From an uncultured virus (IMG/VR IMGVR_UViG_3300031836_000398) (Duplodnaviria > Heunggongvirae > Uroviricota > Caudoviricetes > Herelleviridae): DNA of 56,783 nt. The notes under the pieces are model-generated. The model was not told the DNA's origin. It ran no database searches and saw only the letters and a program-made list of their open reading frames with translations. The translations under genes and the position numbers were made by a program. Below, piece by piece: positions 28,491-39,307 of this stretch; position 1 is the first letter of the stretch; every line of letters begins with the position of its first letter. The stretch is from the IMG/VR virus record IMGVR_UViG_3300031836_000398, one strand, 5' to 3'.

Positions 28491-28886
28491 GTGAGCGCTC
28501 TCATGAGTTTAACTACACCAGCGGCTGCGCAAGCTTCCGCGAACACCCTTCCGACCGGCGCATGGTCTGTGCTGGAGGCTCTGGAAAACGGAGCAGCCTT
28601 CGTGAAAGAGGCCGGCGGTGGCGTGCTCATCCTTATGGGCCTGGTCGCGCTTGTCTGGGGCGGCGTGCTTGCCCTGAAAAAGCTGATGGCTGGCCAGGGC
28701 AACCAAACGTCGTGGGGCACGATCATCCTGCTGATCATCCTCGGCGGCGCGATTGCCGTGGGTGGTTTCGCACTGATCTTCGAGATTGGCTCGGGCGGTA
28801 AGCAGACCATCGAAGACATCGGTGGCGGAACGCTTCTGTTCAATCCGATCGCACCTATGACCGCCGCTCTAGGGCTGGGCTTCTAG
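28491..28886 (+). CDS. VirB2/TrbC pilin-like small membrane protein
   Basis: Two Gly-rich hydrophobic helices joined by a basic loop; AGGAGG RBS; own promoter region. Confidence 0.6.
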   Translation: MSALMSLTTPAAAQASANTLPTGAWSVLEALENGAAFVKEAGGGVLILMGLVALVWGGVLALKKLMAGQGNQTSWGTIILLIILGGAIAVGGFALIFEIGSGGKQTIEDIGGGTLLFNPIAPMTAALGLGF

Positions 28887-29018
28887 CCACATCTTAGGCG
28901 AAGAAATGGGCCAATCGTCACAGCGGCGGTTGGCCCGTTTTCGGTTGGCTCGGGTATTGCATCCGAGACGACCGACTCACCCCCAGCATCTACCCATCAC
29001 GCGAAAGGCTTCACGCTC

Positions 29019-30302
29019 ATGAGTATCAAGGACTCAGCAAAAACGTTCACCACCCGGTTCAAGCTCGATAGCCATCACGCTATTGAGCGCTTCGGGGTGT
29101 TCTTCGGCGCAATTGTGGTCACCGGCGCGCTGGTGTTTGGTCTCAGTGGAGCATCGGCGTTCACGAACACCCAGGCGACGCTGTCCAGCACAGCGCTGTA
29201 CACGCCTTCATTTACTACTTCCAAGACGCAAATCAGTGGCGACGTGTCCGGTGTCTACGTCAGCGACGATCGCACACGAGCGATGGTGTTCATGGAGTTC
29301 TCTGACACGGCTCAAATCAGTGCCAACGCCGAGGACTACCGTGCCTTCCTGACAGCCTCAACAACGGACATCACACGCGAAGATCTCAGATCGGAGGTGA
29401 CTGGCTCGGTCTATGTTTTCGGCTCGACTGGATACATGGGTGTGGTGCTGGAAAGCGGCACCGCGTTCCCCGCTCAGATCCTGGATCTGACGATGCGTGC
29501 AAACACCGAGCTCGTCTACAAAGAGGGTGAGCGAGTAAGCGACGTCACTGAGGGCGCCTCGTTCCGCGACTTTGACCAGTGGCGTCTGTTCTTCAATCCC
29601 GGTGGCTCAGAGGCCACTGTGAGCCCTGCACTGAGCACCGACACGATCGACGTCGGAGCGGTCTACAACGAGCTCGTCATTGCGGACAAGGAAGCCGAAG
29701 TACGCGCCGAGATGGACTCTCAGCTGAATCTGATGCTGACGGACTTGAACCGCGTCGCTGACGGCGAAGCGGAGCTGCTGCGCGCGACGGTTGACGGCGG
29801 CACTCTGCAGCTGATGGCCCCAGAGGTTCCCGCCCAGATCGCCAATGACAGGGTCACCGGCGACGCGGCAACCGACGACAGCGAATCGACGCTGGGGCTG
29901 CAGACGCAGTTCGTGATGCCCCTCGGCTACGAGTTTGACTGGCGCAACGGCAGCGTGGCGGATGGCTACCTCAAGGATCTGATTCCCACCGACTCGAACT
30001 ACATCACGTACCTCAAGAGCCGTGTTGATGAGAAGGCTGATTCTCTGTCGATCAACGACATGGAGTGGTTGCTCAACGACGGCACAGACCTCAAGCGCGA
30101 CTACACGACCTCGAGCGTGACGATGGAGCCGCTGTTCGAGATTATGAACAATCTCAGCTCCGCGTACCAGGACTACTACAACGACAAAGCGCAGTACCAA
30201 GTGGATCTCTACTCAGAGCTTCTTGATCTGGAAGTTGAGCTTCGCAGCGTCGAGGACAACGTGACCATCAACGACAACCCCGAAGCCCTGCTGACGTACT
30301 AG
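29019..30302 (+). CDS. Bitopic membrane protein, putative T4SS component
   Basis: One N-terminal TM and a large acidic domain; located in the transfer block. Confidence 0.6.
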   Translation: MSIKDSAKTFTTRFKLDSHHAIERFGVFFGAIVVTGALVFGLSGASAFTNTQATLSSTALYTPSFTTSKTQISGDVSGVYVSDDRTRAMVFMEFSDTAQISANAEDYRAFLTASTTDITREDLRSEVTGSVYVFGSTGYMGVVLESGTAFPAQILDLTMRANTELVYKEGERVSDVTEGASFRDFDQWRLFFNPGGSEATVSPALSTDTIDVGAVYNELVIADKEAEVRAEMDSQLNLMLTDLNRVADGEAELLRATVDGGTLQLMAPEVPAQIANDRVTGDAATDDSESTLGLQTQFVMPLGYEFDWRNGSVADGYLKDLIPTDSNYITYLKSRVDEKADSLSINDMEWLLNDGTDLKRDYTTSSVTMEPLFEIMNNLSSAYQDYYNDKAQYQVDLYSELLDLEVELRSVEDNVTINDNPEALLTY

Positions 30303-30335
30303 CAGCATCGCGCGACGAAGAGAAGGCAGAGACAC

Positions 30336-32144
30336 ATGAGCAAAGCAACAGGTGGTGGCGGTCTGGACAAGACCGCCCACATCGCCGAGGCGGCTGTCAA
30401 AAAGGTTGGTGGTGAACCAAAGTCCGACGCCGGTGCCGCTATCCAATCAGCGACCGCAGGCGCAGCCAGTGGTGCTATCAAGGGCGCGAGCAAGGGTGGT
30501 CTTCAAGGCGCCGCAGTCGGCGCTGTTGCGGGTGCAGGTAAGAACGTAGCCGCTGGCAAGCTGGGCGTCGGTGGCAGTTCGGCCGCGCGCACACCGACAG
30601 AGAATGATGGCTCGGTGGCCAAGGCAGGTGGGGGCAATGGTGCAGGTGCTACCGCAGCCGTGGCCGCAGTTCCCGTTGCCGTTGGAGCAGGCAAAGCCAT
30701 ACAGCTGATGATGCTCCTGAACTGGATGAAGACGATGTTCATGGCGGCTTTGGCCGCAGCGTCGAACATGGTCAACGCCGTAGTCGGAGCCATCTTGGCC
30801 GGGGCAAAGGCACTCCTGGGAGGTCTCGCAGCCGTTGGCGCATCGTTGTCAGCCGCTTTGGGAGGGGTGATCTCCGCAGGAGTCGCGACCGCGTCAGTGG
30901 TCACCGCTGCAGTAGCCGCAGTGGGTCTCGTTGCCGGTCTCATCGTGACCGGTCAAGCGGTGGACACCGCTCGTCGTGATGGCGCATTTGCCGAGTGCTC
31001 GGTGAATGTGAAGGCAGCATCGACCAGTGCCGACATAGACCCCACAGCCGATTCGATTCGTATCACCGCCAACGCCAAGTTGATCTACAGCGTTCTGAGC
31101 GCCTGGGGTATGCCCGATGAGAACATCGCGGGCATCCTGGGGAACTGGTCTGCTGAGTCGGGTGTTGACCCGACGCGCGTGCAGAACTCGGAGAACTCTC
31201 CGTACGTTGTGTCGGCGGTCGAGCAGACAGCTGCTGAGAACACCGACAACGGTATTGGTCTTGGTCAATGGACGTTCGGACGTAACCAAGCCCTTCGTGA
31301 CTACTCAGACGCTCGCACCACCAGCTGGGGCTCTATCTCTACTCAACTGGGATTCATGATCTCCGCTGATGAGGGAAGCAACGCCGAAGTCGTCAAGGGC
31401 ATGATCGACGAGTCACAGGGCAGCCCCGGTGGCGCAGCAGAATTCTTCCACGATGAGTGGGAGCGATCGGCAGACTCGTCGATGGATAAGCGACGTTCAG
31501 GTGCTGAGTCGTGGTTTGCCCAAATGGGTGGCTGGGAAGCCAATCAGACGCTGGCAAACTCGATTCTGAAGCAGTCTGACGTATCCCTCAATAACGCCAA
31601 CTCAGCGAGCGTGAAGAACGCCTATGACAACTGCCTGACAGCCGATTCCGTGGCGGGATTGCAGCAGGGCGGTATGAATCTTGAGCAAGCTCAGGCATTC
31701 ATGGAGAACTACAAGGTCGAGGGCGAAGCAAAGCTTGCAGCCGTCTTTGGCACGGGTGGCCCGGGAACGTGCTCTGGTGGAAAGGCTGACAACTGTGTTG
31801 GTTTCAGCTCGTACTTCATGTACGAATTCACGACGTTCAAGCAGTTCGCTCCGGGTAACGGCGTTGACACCGCCAGCTCTGCAGCCTCAATGAATGATCT
31901 CGAGACCACGCGCATTCCGACTGTGTACTCCGTGTTCTCGAAACCGACGAACGACAAGTACGGCCACACCGGGGTGATTCTCGGTATCGAGGGCGACATG
32001 GCAATCATCGGCGAAGCGGTCTGTGACAGCAATCACGGCAAGACGCGCGCCTACATGAAGCCCCTGGCTGACATTACGAACAACAGCGTCTGGGAGTTCG
32101 TCGACTTGTCGACGTTGCTCGTAGATCCCGAGATGGCTTCCTAG
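30336..32144 (+). CDS. VirB1-like cell-wall hydrolase (phage-tail-lysozyme plus CHAP)
   Basis: IAGILGNWSAESG...GIGLGQWT...STQLGF lysozyme motif; NCVGFS...YGHTGVI...IGEA CHAP Cys/His/Glu. Confidence 0.85.
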   Translation: MSKATGGGGLDKTAHIAEAAVKKVGGEPKSDAGAAIQSATAGAASGAIKGASKGGLQGAAVGAVAGAGKNVAAGKLGVGGSSAARTPTENDGSVAKAGGGNGAGATAAVAAVPVAVGAGKAIQLMMLLNWMKTMFMAALAAASNMVNAVVGAILAGAKALLGGLAAVGASLSAALGGVISAGVATASVVTAAVAAVGLVAGLIVTGQAVDTARRDGAFAECSVNVKAASTSADIDPTADSIRITANAKLIYSVLSAWGMPDENIAGILGNWSAESGVDPTRVQNSENSPYVVSAVEQTAAENTDNGIGLGQWTFGRNQALRDYSDARTTSWGSISTQLGFMISADEGSNAEVVKGMIDESQGSPGGAAEFFHDEWERSADSSMDKRRSGAESWFAQMGGWEANQTLANSILKQSDVSLNNANSASVKNAYDNCLTADSVAGLQQGGMNLEQAQAFMENYKVEGEAKLAAVFGTGGPGTCSGGKADNCVGFSSYFMYEFTTFKQFAPGNGVDTASSAASMNDLETTRIPTVYSVFSKPTNDKYGHTGVILGIEGDMAIIGEAVCDSNHGKTRAYMKPLADITNNSVWEFVDLSTLLVDPEMAS

Positions 32145-32175
32145 CCCCAAAACTTATGACGATGAAAGGTACGAC

Positions 32176-33135
32176 ATGTTTGAAGTAGACGGAGACCCCG
32201 CGGTCAAGCGGAGGCACCCCACTGAGGATTCGCCTGGCGAAAATCGTGAGCCGGTAGCTGAGAAGCCGACACCACGGCCCAAGCTGACAGCCGAAGATAT
32301 GGAAGCGAAGCTCACAGCAGCCAATGGCTCGTTCCGGACGTGGCGCCAGAGCGGTGCTCCCTCGCGCGGCATTGCTCGCGTGGCCCGGATAGCGGTGGCC
32401 TCAGTAGTTGGTGTCAGCATCATTGCGATGGGGCTGACGTTGAACGCAGCGGCACAGCTGTACGAGTCCGAGTTTGCGAACAACGAGTTCCAGCTGAAGG
32501 ATCTGGCAGCGACCATCGCCGAGATGAACCGGCACGCAGATGACGTTGCTTCTGGCGACCCGGCGGTAGACGTCGCCGGAGAGGATCTGGATGCGCAGCT
32601 CGCGGCAGCCCAGGTTCGAGCCAATGAGTTGGCTCAAGCGCAGCAGGAATTCGTGGTGATCGCTTTTGCGGGCAACACCGAAGTTAGCGCTGGGGCGGGA
32701 GTTCCTGACGCGTCTGGTCGTAAGACGGTGGAGCAGCGCAAGGCTCTGGTGGACTTCTTTGCTCCCTCGGCACTCGTGTTGCCCGATGACCTGATCTACA
32801 GCCCAGTAGGCGGTGGCGACGACATGGATGCAGGGACGATCGACCCGCGCATGGCGTGGTTCATCAAGTATAACGCTGACCGCACCGTTGCTGACCCCGC
32901 TGGTTCCGTGTGGGTGACGGGGGCTGTAGCGCCCTCGACGACACCTGGTATCAGCGACGTGATTTGGCTGAACAAGAACCCAGCAACGGATGACCTGTAC
33001 GCCTGGGCGAGCGGGGAGTACTCCCACGAGACCAACACGTTCAACTCCGTGCGGGTGACTCTGACCAGTTACGGCTCAGCAGCACGACAGTCACCGGTGT
33101 TGGCCGGCGATGGATCATCGACGGAGGTGGACTGA
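32176..33135 (+). CDS. Bitopic membrane protein with coiled coil
   Basis: Single TM followed by a coiled coil; in the transfer block. Confidence 0.6.
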   Translation: MFEVDGDPAVKRRHPTEDSPGENREPVAEKPTPRPKLTAEDMEAKLTAANGSFRTWRQSGAPSRGIARVARIAVASVVGVSIIAMGLTLNAAAQLYESEFANNEFQLKDLAATIAEMNRHADDVASGDPAVDVAGEDLDAQLAAAQVRANELAQAQQEFVVIAFAGNTEVSAGAGVPDASGRKTVEQRKALVDFFAPSALVLPDDLIYSPVGGGDDMDAGTIDPRMAWFIKYNADRTVADPAGSVWVTGAVAPSTTPGISDVIWLNKNPATDDLYAWASGEYSHETNTFNSVRVTLTSYGSAARQSPVLAGDGSSTEVD

Positions 33136-33782
33136 TGAACACATTTTTCGCACGCAACGTGGCACTGCTCCTAGGCATTGGCGTGCTCGTAGCGCTGGCC
33201 GCTGTCTACGTTTCGACGTCGACAAGCAACGACCAGACACTCACGGAGCAGCAGCAGCAGATCAGTGATCTGGAGGCGCAGCTCGCGGCCGACAGCGACG
33301 AGGTCAGAGTTGCTCAACAGGTGATTTTCGATGAAGTGATGGGCAGCAGCCAGGCTCGCATCGACAGCGATACCGAAGCGCTACAGAGCTTCGTGAACCG
33401 TGTCGCCAACTGGGACAGCGGTGAGAGCTACGAAGAAGCGCGGACTTCGGTGATTCGCAAGTACGCGCTGGATGAGAACGCACAGTTCATGCGCGACTTC
33501 TTCACCGAGCCGGTCTACAACACCGATCCCTCGGGCAAGCGCTACTACGTGATCGACACCGACCGGTTGAATTCTTCCTTGGGTCAGATGGACGCCCGAG
33601 TGCTCAGCGTTTCGGGAACCGAGTACCGCTACATGGTGCTGGCGGACTTCACCTCGGTATCCAATGACGGCGGCACCAGCTCTAGCCAAACCTCGACCAT
33701 CTTCGTGACGGTCGATGGTGAAGGGGTGCTCAGCGATGTCACCGGGTACACATCCGTGGAAGGAGCAAAAAGCTCGAACTAG
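33135..33782 (+). CDS. Membrane-anchored protein, possibly VirB8/TcpC-like
   Basis: N-terminal TM, coiled coil, alpha+beta C-terminal domain; TGATG coupling to the upstream gene. Confidence 0.55.
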   Translation: MNTFFARNVALLLGIGVLVALAAVYVSTSTSNDQTLTEQQQQISDLEAQLAADSDEVRVAQQVIFDEVMGSSQARIDSDTEALQSFVNRVANWDSGESYEEARTSVIRKYALDENAQFMRDFFTEPVYNTDPSGKRYYVIDTDRLNSSLGQMDARVLSVSGTEYRYMVLADFTSVSNDGGTSSSQTSTIFVTVDGEGVLSDVTGYTSVEGAKSSN

Positions 33783-33870
33783 GGCCGGTTCTTCCCGGCA
33801 TGAATATGGCAACAAACAGCGACTGCATCGGTTACATCGGTGCAGTCGTTCTGTTTATCCGGTAGGATTA

Positions 33871-33886
33871 TGCACATATACGAGTA
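33871..33886. promoter_or_regulatory. 16-bp palindromic box (33946 operon)
   Basis: TGCACATATACGAGTA, right after TAGGAT. Confidence 0.6.
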
Positions 33887-33945
33887 GATTATTGGATGAC
33901 CAATTCTACACACTTCACAACGCGAGTCCGGAAAGGACACTCCCC

Positions 33946-34353
33946 ATGAGCACTACCAAGACTTCCTCCCACAAGACAACACAACCCGCTACGAAAGCGA
34001 TTGCCGGCGAAAAGCAGCCCGGCAAGACTCGTTACCTTCTCAACGGCGGCCTATCGGTGATCGTCACCGTTCTGATCGCAGCCGCAGTGCTTTTGATCGA
34101 CTACGTCGTGGCAATCTACACCGCAGTCAGCATCGTGCCGAACATCGCAGCGATGATCCAGCAGGCCACCGGTGTGACAACGGGAATGAGCTTTGACGTT
34201 GTGGTCGCCGGTTGGTTGCTGCCAGTGATTTTCCTGACGGCACTGATCTTTGCTGCAGAAGTTTTCCTCATGCGGGCACTGTGGCGTGCCTCGCGTCGAG
34301 TGAATACGTCGCTGAAGCGACGGTTTGGCCTCAATCTGAACGCGCTCGGGTAG
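33946..34353 (+). CDS. Two-TM membrane protein
   Basis: ATG 33946 behind GAAAGGA; two hydrophobic segments. Confidence 0.65.
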   Translation: MSTTKTSSHKTTQPATKAIAGEKQPGKTRYLLNGGLSVIVTVLIAAAVLLIDYVVAIYTAVSIVPNIAAMIQQATGVTTGMSFDVVVAGWLLPVIFLTALIFAAEVFLMRALWRASRRVNTSLKRRFGLNLNALG

Positions 34354-34398
34354 CGACCTGAGAACCACGCGATCGTCAACAAACAAAAGGAGCAGCAA

Positions 34399-35469
34399 AT
34401 GAAAGTAGCCGGAATCCCCATGAGTGATCCATGGGCAACGCGGTCGCAACGAACACCGGGTGTGGTGAGTGAGCTCGTGACACAGGTGCCCGTGGAAGCT
34501 GTGGTGCAGGTAGAGCGCGTCTACTTCTCACACCAGGGCCCGGAGAAGAACTACCGACCAATCGTCCGTCTCAGCGGTGAGCTACGTGAGCTAGTTCCGC
34601 AGGGTGTGACGCTGCCCTATGGCGTTGACGCGGTGACGTTCCGACCTGGCCTTGGGCCAATCGTTGATGCTCGCTACGAGTTCAACGATGCTCAGTTGGT
34701 TGAGCTTGTCGGGAAGGGTTACTTCACCGAAGGTTTCGAGCCACCGGTGAAGATGACGGGCATCCCGTGGGAGCTACCCACGACGATCGACGCGCTCGTG
34801 CTCGCCCCGGTGAACGACGAGGACGTACCCGTCGTGTTTACCAAGGTTCACAGCCAGTCTGATCTTGCACTGAATGCGTACAACAGTGGCTACGACTTGG
34901 CCGAGTATTTCGACAACCAGCTAACCGACGAGAAGATCGAGAAGGCTGCTGTCGAGCGTGCAGCGACTGTCATGCCCACGCGAGCCGGAGAACTCGACGA
35001 TCTCTTCGGTAGCGAGGTCTTCGGCGCAGACAATGCGCAGGCGGCTGAAAAGGCTCCGCTGGTCACCGCTGACGGTTACCCGGTCATCGAGGACAGCGTC
35101 TTTGCTGGGCTGCTCACTGACGTTCGGGAACGCCAGGCTGCCGAGGCTGCTGACCGAGCTGCTCAGACCCCGAGCTATCCACTTGGTTCGGCTAAGGACG
35201 TCTACCAGAAGCGCATTGCGCCGCCGGTAAGTGCTGCATCGGTTGCACTACCGGTATCGGTGCCAGTGCCTGCCTCACACGATGGCTTGCTGGATCTGGA
35301 CACCGAGGGCGATCTGGAATTTGAGCCTTTGGTGACCACACCAACACCGGAACGCCGACGACTGGTCACCGCGTCGACGGCTCCACGGGTGTTGCGCAAC
35401 CCGCGGCACCAGCTCGCTGTTGACATCGACGAGACCGGCACCGCCGAGTCTGAGTCCGAGCTCGAATAA
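34399..35469 (+). CDS. Hypothetical protein upstream of the relaxase
   Basis: AAGGAG RBS; 356-aa ORF. Confidence 0.7.
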   Translation: MKVAGIPMSDPWATRSQRTPGVVSELVTQVPVEAVVQVERVYFSHQGPEKNYRPIVRLSGELRELVPQGVTLPYGVDAVTFRPGLGPIVDARYEFNDAQLVELVGKGYFTEGFEPPVKMTGIPWELPTTIDALVLAPVNDEDVPVVFTKVHSQSDLALNAYNSGYDLAEYFDNQLTDEKIEKAAVERAATVMPTRAGELDDLFGSEVFGADNAQAAEKAPLVTADGYPVIEDSVFAGLLTDVRERQAAEAADRAAQTPSYPLGSAKDVYQKRIAPPVSAASVALPVSVPVPASHDGLLDLDTEGDLEFEPLVTTPTPERRRLVTASTAPRVLRNPRHQLAVDIDETGTAESESELE

Positions 35470-35576
35470 GCCAGCCAGAAGATCTTGACCGAGACAGGGG
35501 CTGTGCTCGCCAGAAGCGGCACAGCCTTTGTCTCCATAAATTTAGCCACTGACCATCCACCGGAAGCGAGAATCTC

Positions 35577-37835
35577 ATGGGTCTGAAGCAGTCAATCGTC
35601 ATCGTCAACGAGTACACCGTGAAGTCTCCGACGACGAACAAGGCGAGCCGAGGGGCTACCCCCGGCGACTACGTGACTCGTTACATGGCTCGTGAGCTGG
35701 CGACCGAGACAGTGGCCCCGATCAAGCAGGATCGCCTGGATCATTTCGTGCTGCGCTACATGGCCAGGGCCAGCGCAACCGAGACCGCTCAGAGCCGACC
35801 AGGGCTCAAGCAGAAGATGAAGCGCGACCAAGGGTCGGCAGGAGTCTCGTTCGGATATGGCGAAGTCAGTCTGTCCCAGGCGAAGCTCAACAGCGCGAGC
35901 CGGGACATCCAGAATTGGTTCGACCAAGGCCACACCGTCATGAAGACGGTGCTGAGCTTTGATGAAGAGTACCTGCGTAAGCACGGGCTCATCCCTGCAG
36001 ACTTCGTCTGCAAGAAAAAGGGGGACTACCGGGGCCAGCTGGATCAGATGAAGCTGCGGATGGCTGTGATGCGCGGTATGGAGCGCATGGGCGGCACGTT
36101 GTACGACGACCTGCGTTACGTGGGCGTCATTCAGGTTGATACTGAGCACGTTCACGCTCACCTGGCGATCGTCGATGCAGGCGAGGGCAATCTGACACCC
36201 GATGGCACTCAGCGAGGCAAGATCCTTGACCGAGCTAAGAGCCTGTTGCGTCGTGGTATTGACGGGTATTTGGACGAGAAGCAGAGCGTCAAGCACATGA
36301 GCTCAGCGGTGGGCTACGAGCGCCGCAATGTCACCACGTTTGTGAAGCGGTGGGCTCACCAGCAAATGCTGCGTGAGTCTCTGCCACAGTTCTTGCTGTC
36401 GTGCTTGCCAGAGGATCGACGTCTCTGGCGCTCGAGCACAAACCATGCCTCCATGAAGAAGGCCAACCGGATCGTTCACGAGCTGGTGGAAGACGTGTTG
36501 TCGCGACCAGGCTCACCGTTGCCGGCGGCCATGGCGAAGGTTCATGCCTATGCGAAGCAGCGTCGACAAGCGGAAGGTTTGACCCGTGGCCAGTGGAAGC
36601 ATCTCGTGGACAATGGCCGTGCTCAGATCATCGAGCGCGGTGTCAACGGTGTCTACGGTTTGCTGCGGGCACTGCCCGAGAACGCGCTAGAGGTGCGTAC
36701 TCCGGTGTTGGATGCCATGAGCATGGACTACGAAGAACTGGCCGTGCGAGCGAGCCAGACCAGCCACTTGAACGAGAGCAATGACCTGGCAAGCTTCGGC
36801 TTCCGTCTGCGTAGCTACTCTGCTCGTCGGGATAGTCACCGAGAGAAGCGCAAGTTTTATCACCAGAGCGCGCGGGCGTGGGAACAGTCAGAGAAGGCCG
36901 GTATTGCCTCTGAGGCATCACGGGCTCTCTACGAGTTCTATCTCGAAGAAGAGGCATACCACTCGCGTTGTGCGGCGAAATATCAGAAGTTCCTGACGTT
37001 CGCTGATCGTGACCAGGCGAACTGGAACACGAAGTGGCAGGCGGTCGCAGAGTACGGCGAGCGGATGACGTCGCTGACGATGCTGCGCAAGGATGCCTCG
37101 CTGCGCAAGATGAAAGACGCCAACGAGGCTGAGACGCTCGGCCGTGAGATCTACGGTCAATCGGGTGGTGGTTTGCTGACGATCACCGGCCCCGCGGGTA
37201 CGAAGGTTCTCGACGAACGCCTGACAAAGATGCGAGCCAACTATGTGGAGCAGGTTGCTGATCTGCGAAGCGATCTTGCCGCGTCGGGGTTGAAGCTGAC
37301 GATCAAACGTGACCCCAGTGGCAGCACCGCTGATGAAGGGATCATCTCACCCGGCGCCGAGTACGACTTTGCCGACGTCAAGGGAATGGATCTGCACCAC
37401 ATGCGTTACGACTTCTCCACGGACGTGAAGGTCGGTAAGCGAGCTCGTACCCAGTTTGTCGACTGGGCACGTTCACGGATGGAGCACTTGGCCAAAGCGG
37501 TGCGGTATCTGAAGCTGTCGCGTCAGCACAGCGCCATTGAGAGCCTGCCTGTGGCCGACATCGAGTCGATGGTCGTACTGGCGGACAATCTTGAGGCACA
37601 GAGCGCTCAGGGCAACGCAGAGATCGTGTTGCCGAGCGAGGTAGCTGCGCTGGTCAAAAAGAACCAGACGCTGCGCCGTTCACGCACCGTGACGCTCGAC
37701 GCGAATCTGGCCAAAGAGCTCGAGAGCAAAGTCGACGAAGCCGCTATCGAAGCTGCCGGTATTGATCCATTCATTCTGCCGGAAATGAGCGAAAAAGAGA
37801 CGGAAGTGTCACGCATATCTCACGGTTTGGAATAG
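35577..37835 (+). CDS. mobL: MobL-type conjugative relaxase
   Basis: SIVIVNEY...PGDYVTRYMAR (candidate catalytic Tyr), KTVLSF, and YVGVIQVDTEHVHAHL HUH motif. Confidence 0.8.
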   Translation: MGLKQSIVIVNEYTVKSPTTNKASRGATPGDYVTRYMARELATETVAPIKQDRLDHFVLRYMARASATETAQSRPGLKQKMKRDQGSAGVSFGYGEVSLSQAKLNSASRDIQNWFDQGHTVMKTVLSFDEEYLRKHGLIPADFVCKKKGDYRGQLDQMKLRMAVMRGMERMGGTLYDDLRYVGVIQVDTEHVHAHLAIVDAGEGNLTPDGTQRGKILDRAKSLLRRGIDGYLDEKQSVKHMSSAVGYERRNVTTFVKRWAHQQMLRESLPQFLLSCLPEDRRLWRSSTNHASMKKANRIVHELVEDVLSRPGSPLPAAMAKVHAYAKQRRQAEGLTRGQWKHLVDNGRAQIIERGVNGVYGLLRALPENALEVRTPVLDAMSMDYEELAVRASQTSHLNESNDLASFGFRLRSYSARRDSHREKRKFYHQSARAWEQSEKAGIASEASRALYEFYLEEEAYHSRCAAKYQKFLTFADRDQANWNTKWQAVAEYGERMTSLTMLRKDASLRKMKDANEAETLGREIYGQSGGGLLTITGPAGTKVLDERLTKMRANYVEQVADLRSDLAASGLKLTIKRDPSGSTADEGIISPGAEYDFADVKGMDLHHMRYDFSTDVKVGKRARTQFVDWARSRMEHLAKAVRYLKLSRQHSAIESLPVADIESMVVLADNLEAQSAQGNAEIVLPSEVAALVKKNQTLRRSRTVTLDANLAKELESKVDEAAIEAAGIDPFILPEMSEKETEVSRISHGLE

Positions 37836-37841
37836 TGTGTA

Positions 37842-37857
37842 TGCTGATTTATCAGCA
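37842..37857. promoter_or_regulatory. 16-bp palindromic box (37976 gene)
   Basis: TGCTGATTTATCAGCA. Confidence 0.75.
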
Positions 37858-37975
37858 TATAAAAACACAACTTGCCCTTTTAGGGTCTGTATGTATTAGT
37901 ATGTAACTGTCTCGTCCAGCACACGCCGGAGATTACGGGACGCCCGGTAAGTACTAGATGCAAGGAGCAACACAC

Positions 37976-38548
37976 ATGGCAAACCTCAAAGGCACCGGTT
38001 CGATGAAGGCAGTTCCTCTCGTTGGCGTTTTCTACGACAACGGTGTAGCCAAGGACAAAGACGGAAACGACCAGACTCGTTTCATCGACTTCCAGGTTGA
38101 CCACCGCGATTCCCGTGGTGCTGAACAGACCAACGCTCACCTTTCCACCCAGCACACCAAGGACAAGAACGACAAGCGCCGCATCAATAACGGCGTTGGT
38201 TATTCGGCCAAGGAAAACGCCGAGAAGCCCAGCCAGTTCGCTGGGATCATCGAAGCCGCTGGCAAGAACCACTTCTACGACAAGAAGACCGGCAAGCACA
38301 CCATCACCGTGACGGCAGATGTCATGCCGTCCAGCAAGGGTGACGGTCTCGTCGTGAACACGAAGACCCTCGAGGGTTCAGAGTTCACCGCGACCAAGAC
38401 CACTGCTGACAAGCAGTTCGAGGCTGGCGCCAAGGCGCGCTCCGCTGCCGCAGCCGAGCGCGAAGCCGCTGTTGAAGCTGCTCCGATTGCGGGTGCTCCG
38501 GCTGCCGAAGCTGTTGAAGCAACAGCTGACGAGCCTGCTCTCGGTTAG
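37976..38548 (+). CDS. Hypothetical protein, probably well expressed
   Basis: AAGGAG RBS, own promoter region, and a hairpin at about 38565-38602. Confidence 0.7.
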   Translation: MANLKGTGSMKAVPLVGVFYDNGVAKDKDGNDQTRFIDFQVDHRDSRGAEQTNAHLSTQHTKDKNDKRRINNGVGYSAKENAEKPSQFAGIIEAAGKNHFYDKKTGKHTITVTADVMPSSKGDGLVVNTKTLEGSEFTATKTTADKQFEAGAKARSAAAAEREAAVEAAPIAGAPAAEAVEATADEPALG

Positions 38549-38647
38549 TCACCACGAAGTAGCGGAAAGCCTGCGTTGGGATTCGTCTCGACGCAGGCTT
38601 TCGCTCTTTCACGACACACACATCACCAGAACAAGGGGGTAACCAAT

Positions 38648-39154
38648 ATGACAACCAGTCAAAAAGAATTCTCGTCACAATCAGGGCTCGGAACGTATGC
38701 GGGTGGACGAGTAAAGGTGCTGCCGACGGCAGTGCCTCCAGGCGAACCTGGCTCGGTGTTCAATCCGGTCGTCGTTGGTCGCGAAGAACAAGCAGCCCGT
38801 CGCGCTAACAGCGAGGAAGCGGGTCTGACAGGCATCGAACTGCGACAGCGTCAGCTGGCAAAGGGGCGTGAAGGTCGGCCGGCAAAGTCGGGTCAGCGTT
38901 CGCTGAACGACAGGTTCAATCCGAACCGAGCGCACCAGCAAAGCCCGTTGGAGCAAGCTCTCGAGAAGCTCGATCGAGAAGACCAGAGTGAACCCGAGGT
39001 CGTCGTTGAGTCGATGAAGGGCTTTGGTAAGGGTCTGGTCGAGGGGCACCGCAATCGGGTCACGATGAACCCGTCTCATTCCGCCAGTGTCGAGACGATC
39101 GACTCGAACGCTGCAGAGGCGCAGAAGGAGGGTTCCGACAGCTACGGCCGTTGA
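38648..39154 (+). CDS. Hypothetical low-complexity protein
   Basis: AAGGGGG RBS before ATG 38648; terminator hairpin at 39179-39218. Confidence 0.6.
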   Translation: MTTSQKEFSSQSGLGTYAGGRVKVLPTAVPPGEPGSVFNPVVVGREEQAARRANSEEAGLTGIELRQRQLAKGREGRPAKSGQRSLNDRFNPNRAHQQSPLEQALEKLDREDQSEPEVVVESMKGFGKGLVEGHRNRVTMNPSHSASVETIDSNAAEAQKEGSDSYGR

Positions 39155-39261
39155 CGCTCAGTGACTGCGTGTCACACGAAGGGCGGCTGCTTTCCCGAGG
39201 GAAGGTGGTCGCCCTTTTGCGGTCTTAGCGGGGTTTGTGTGATGGTGCTGTGTTAGAATTA

Positions 39262-39277
39262 TGCTCGAATACGAGCA
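39262..39277. promoter_or_regulatory. 16-bp palindromic box (Clp ATPase gene)
   Basis: TGCTCGAATACGAGCA, right after the extended -10 TGTTAGAAT. Confidence 0.75.
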
Positions 39278-39307
39278 AAAACAAGATATTTAGACAGAGG
39301 CGGCGGA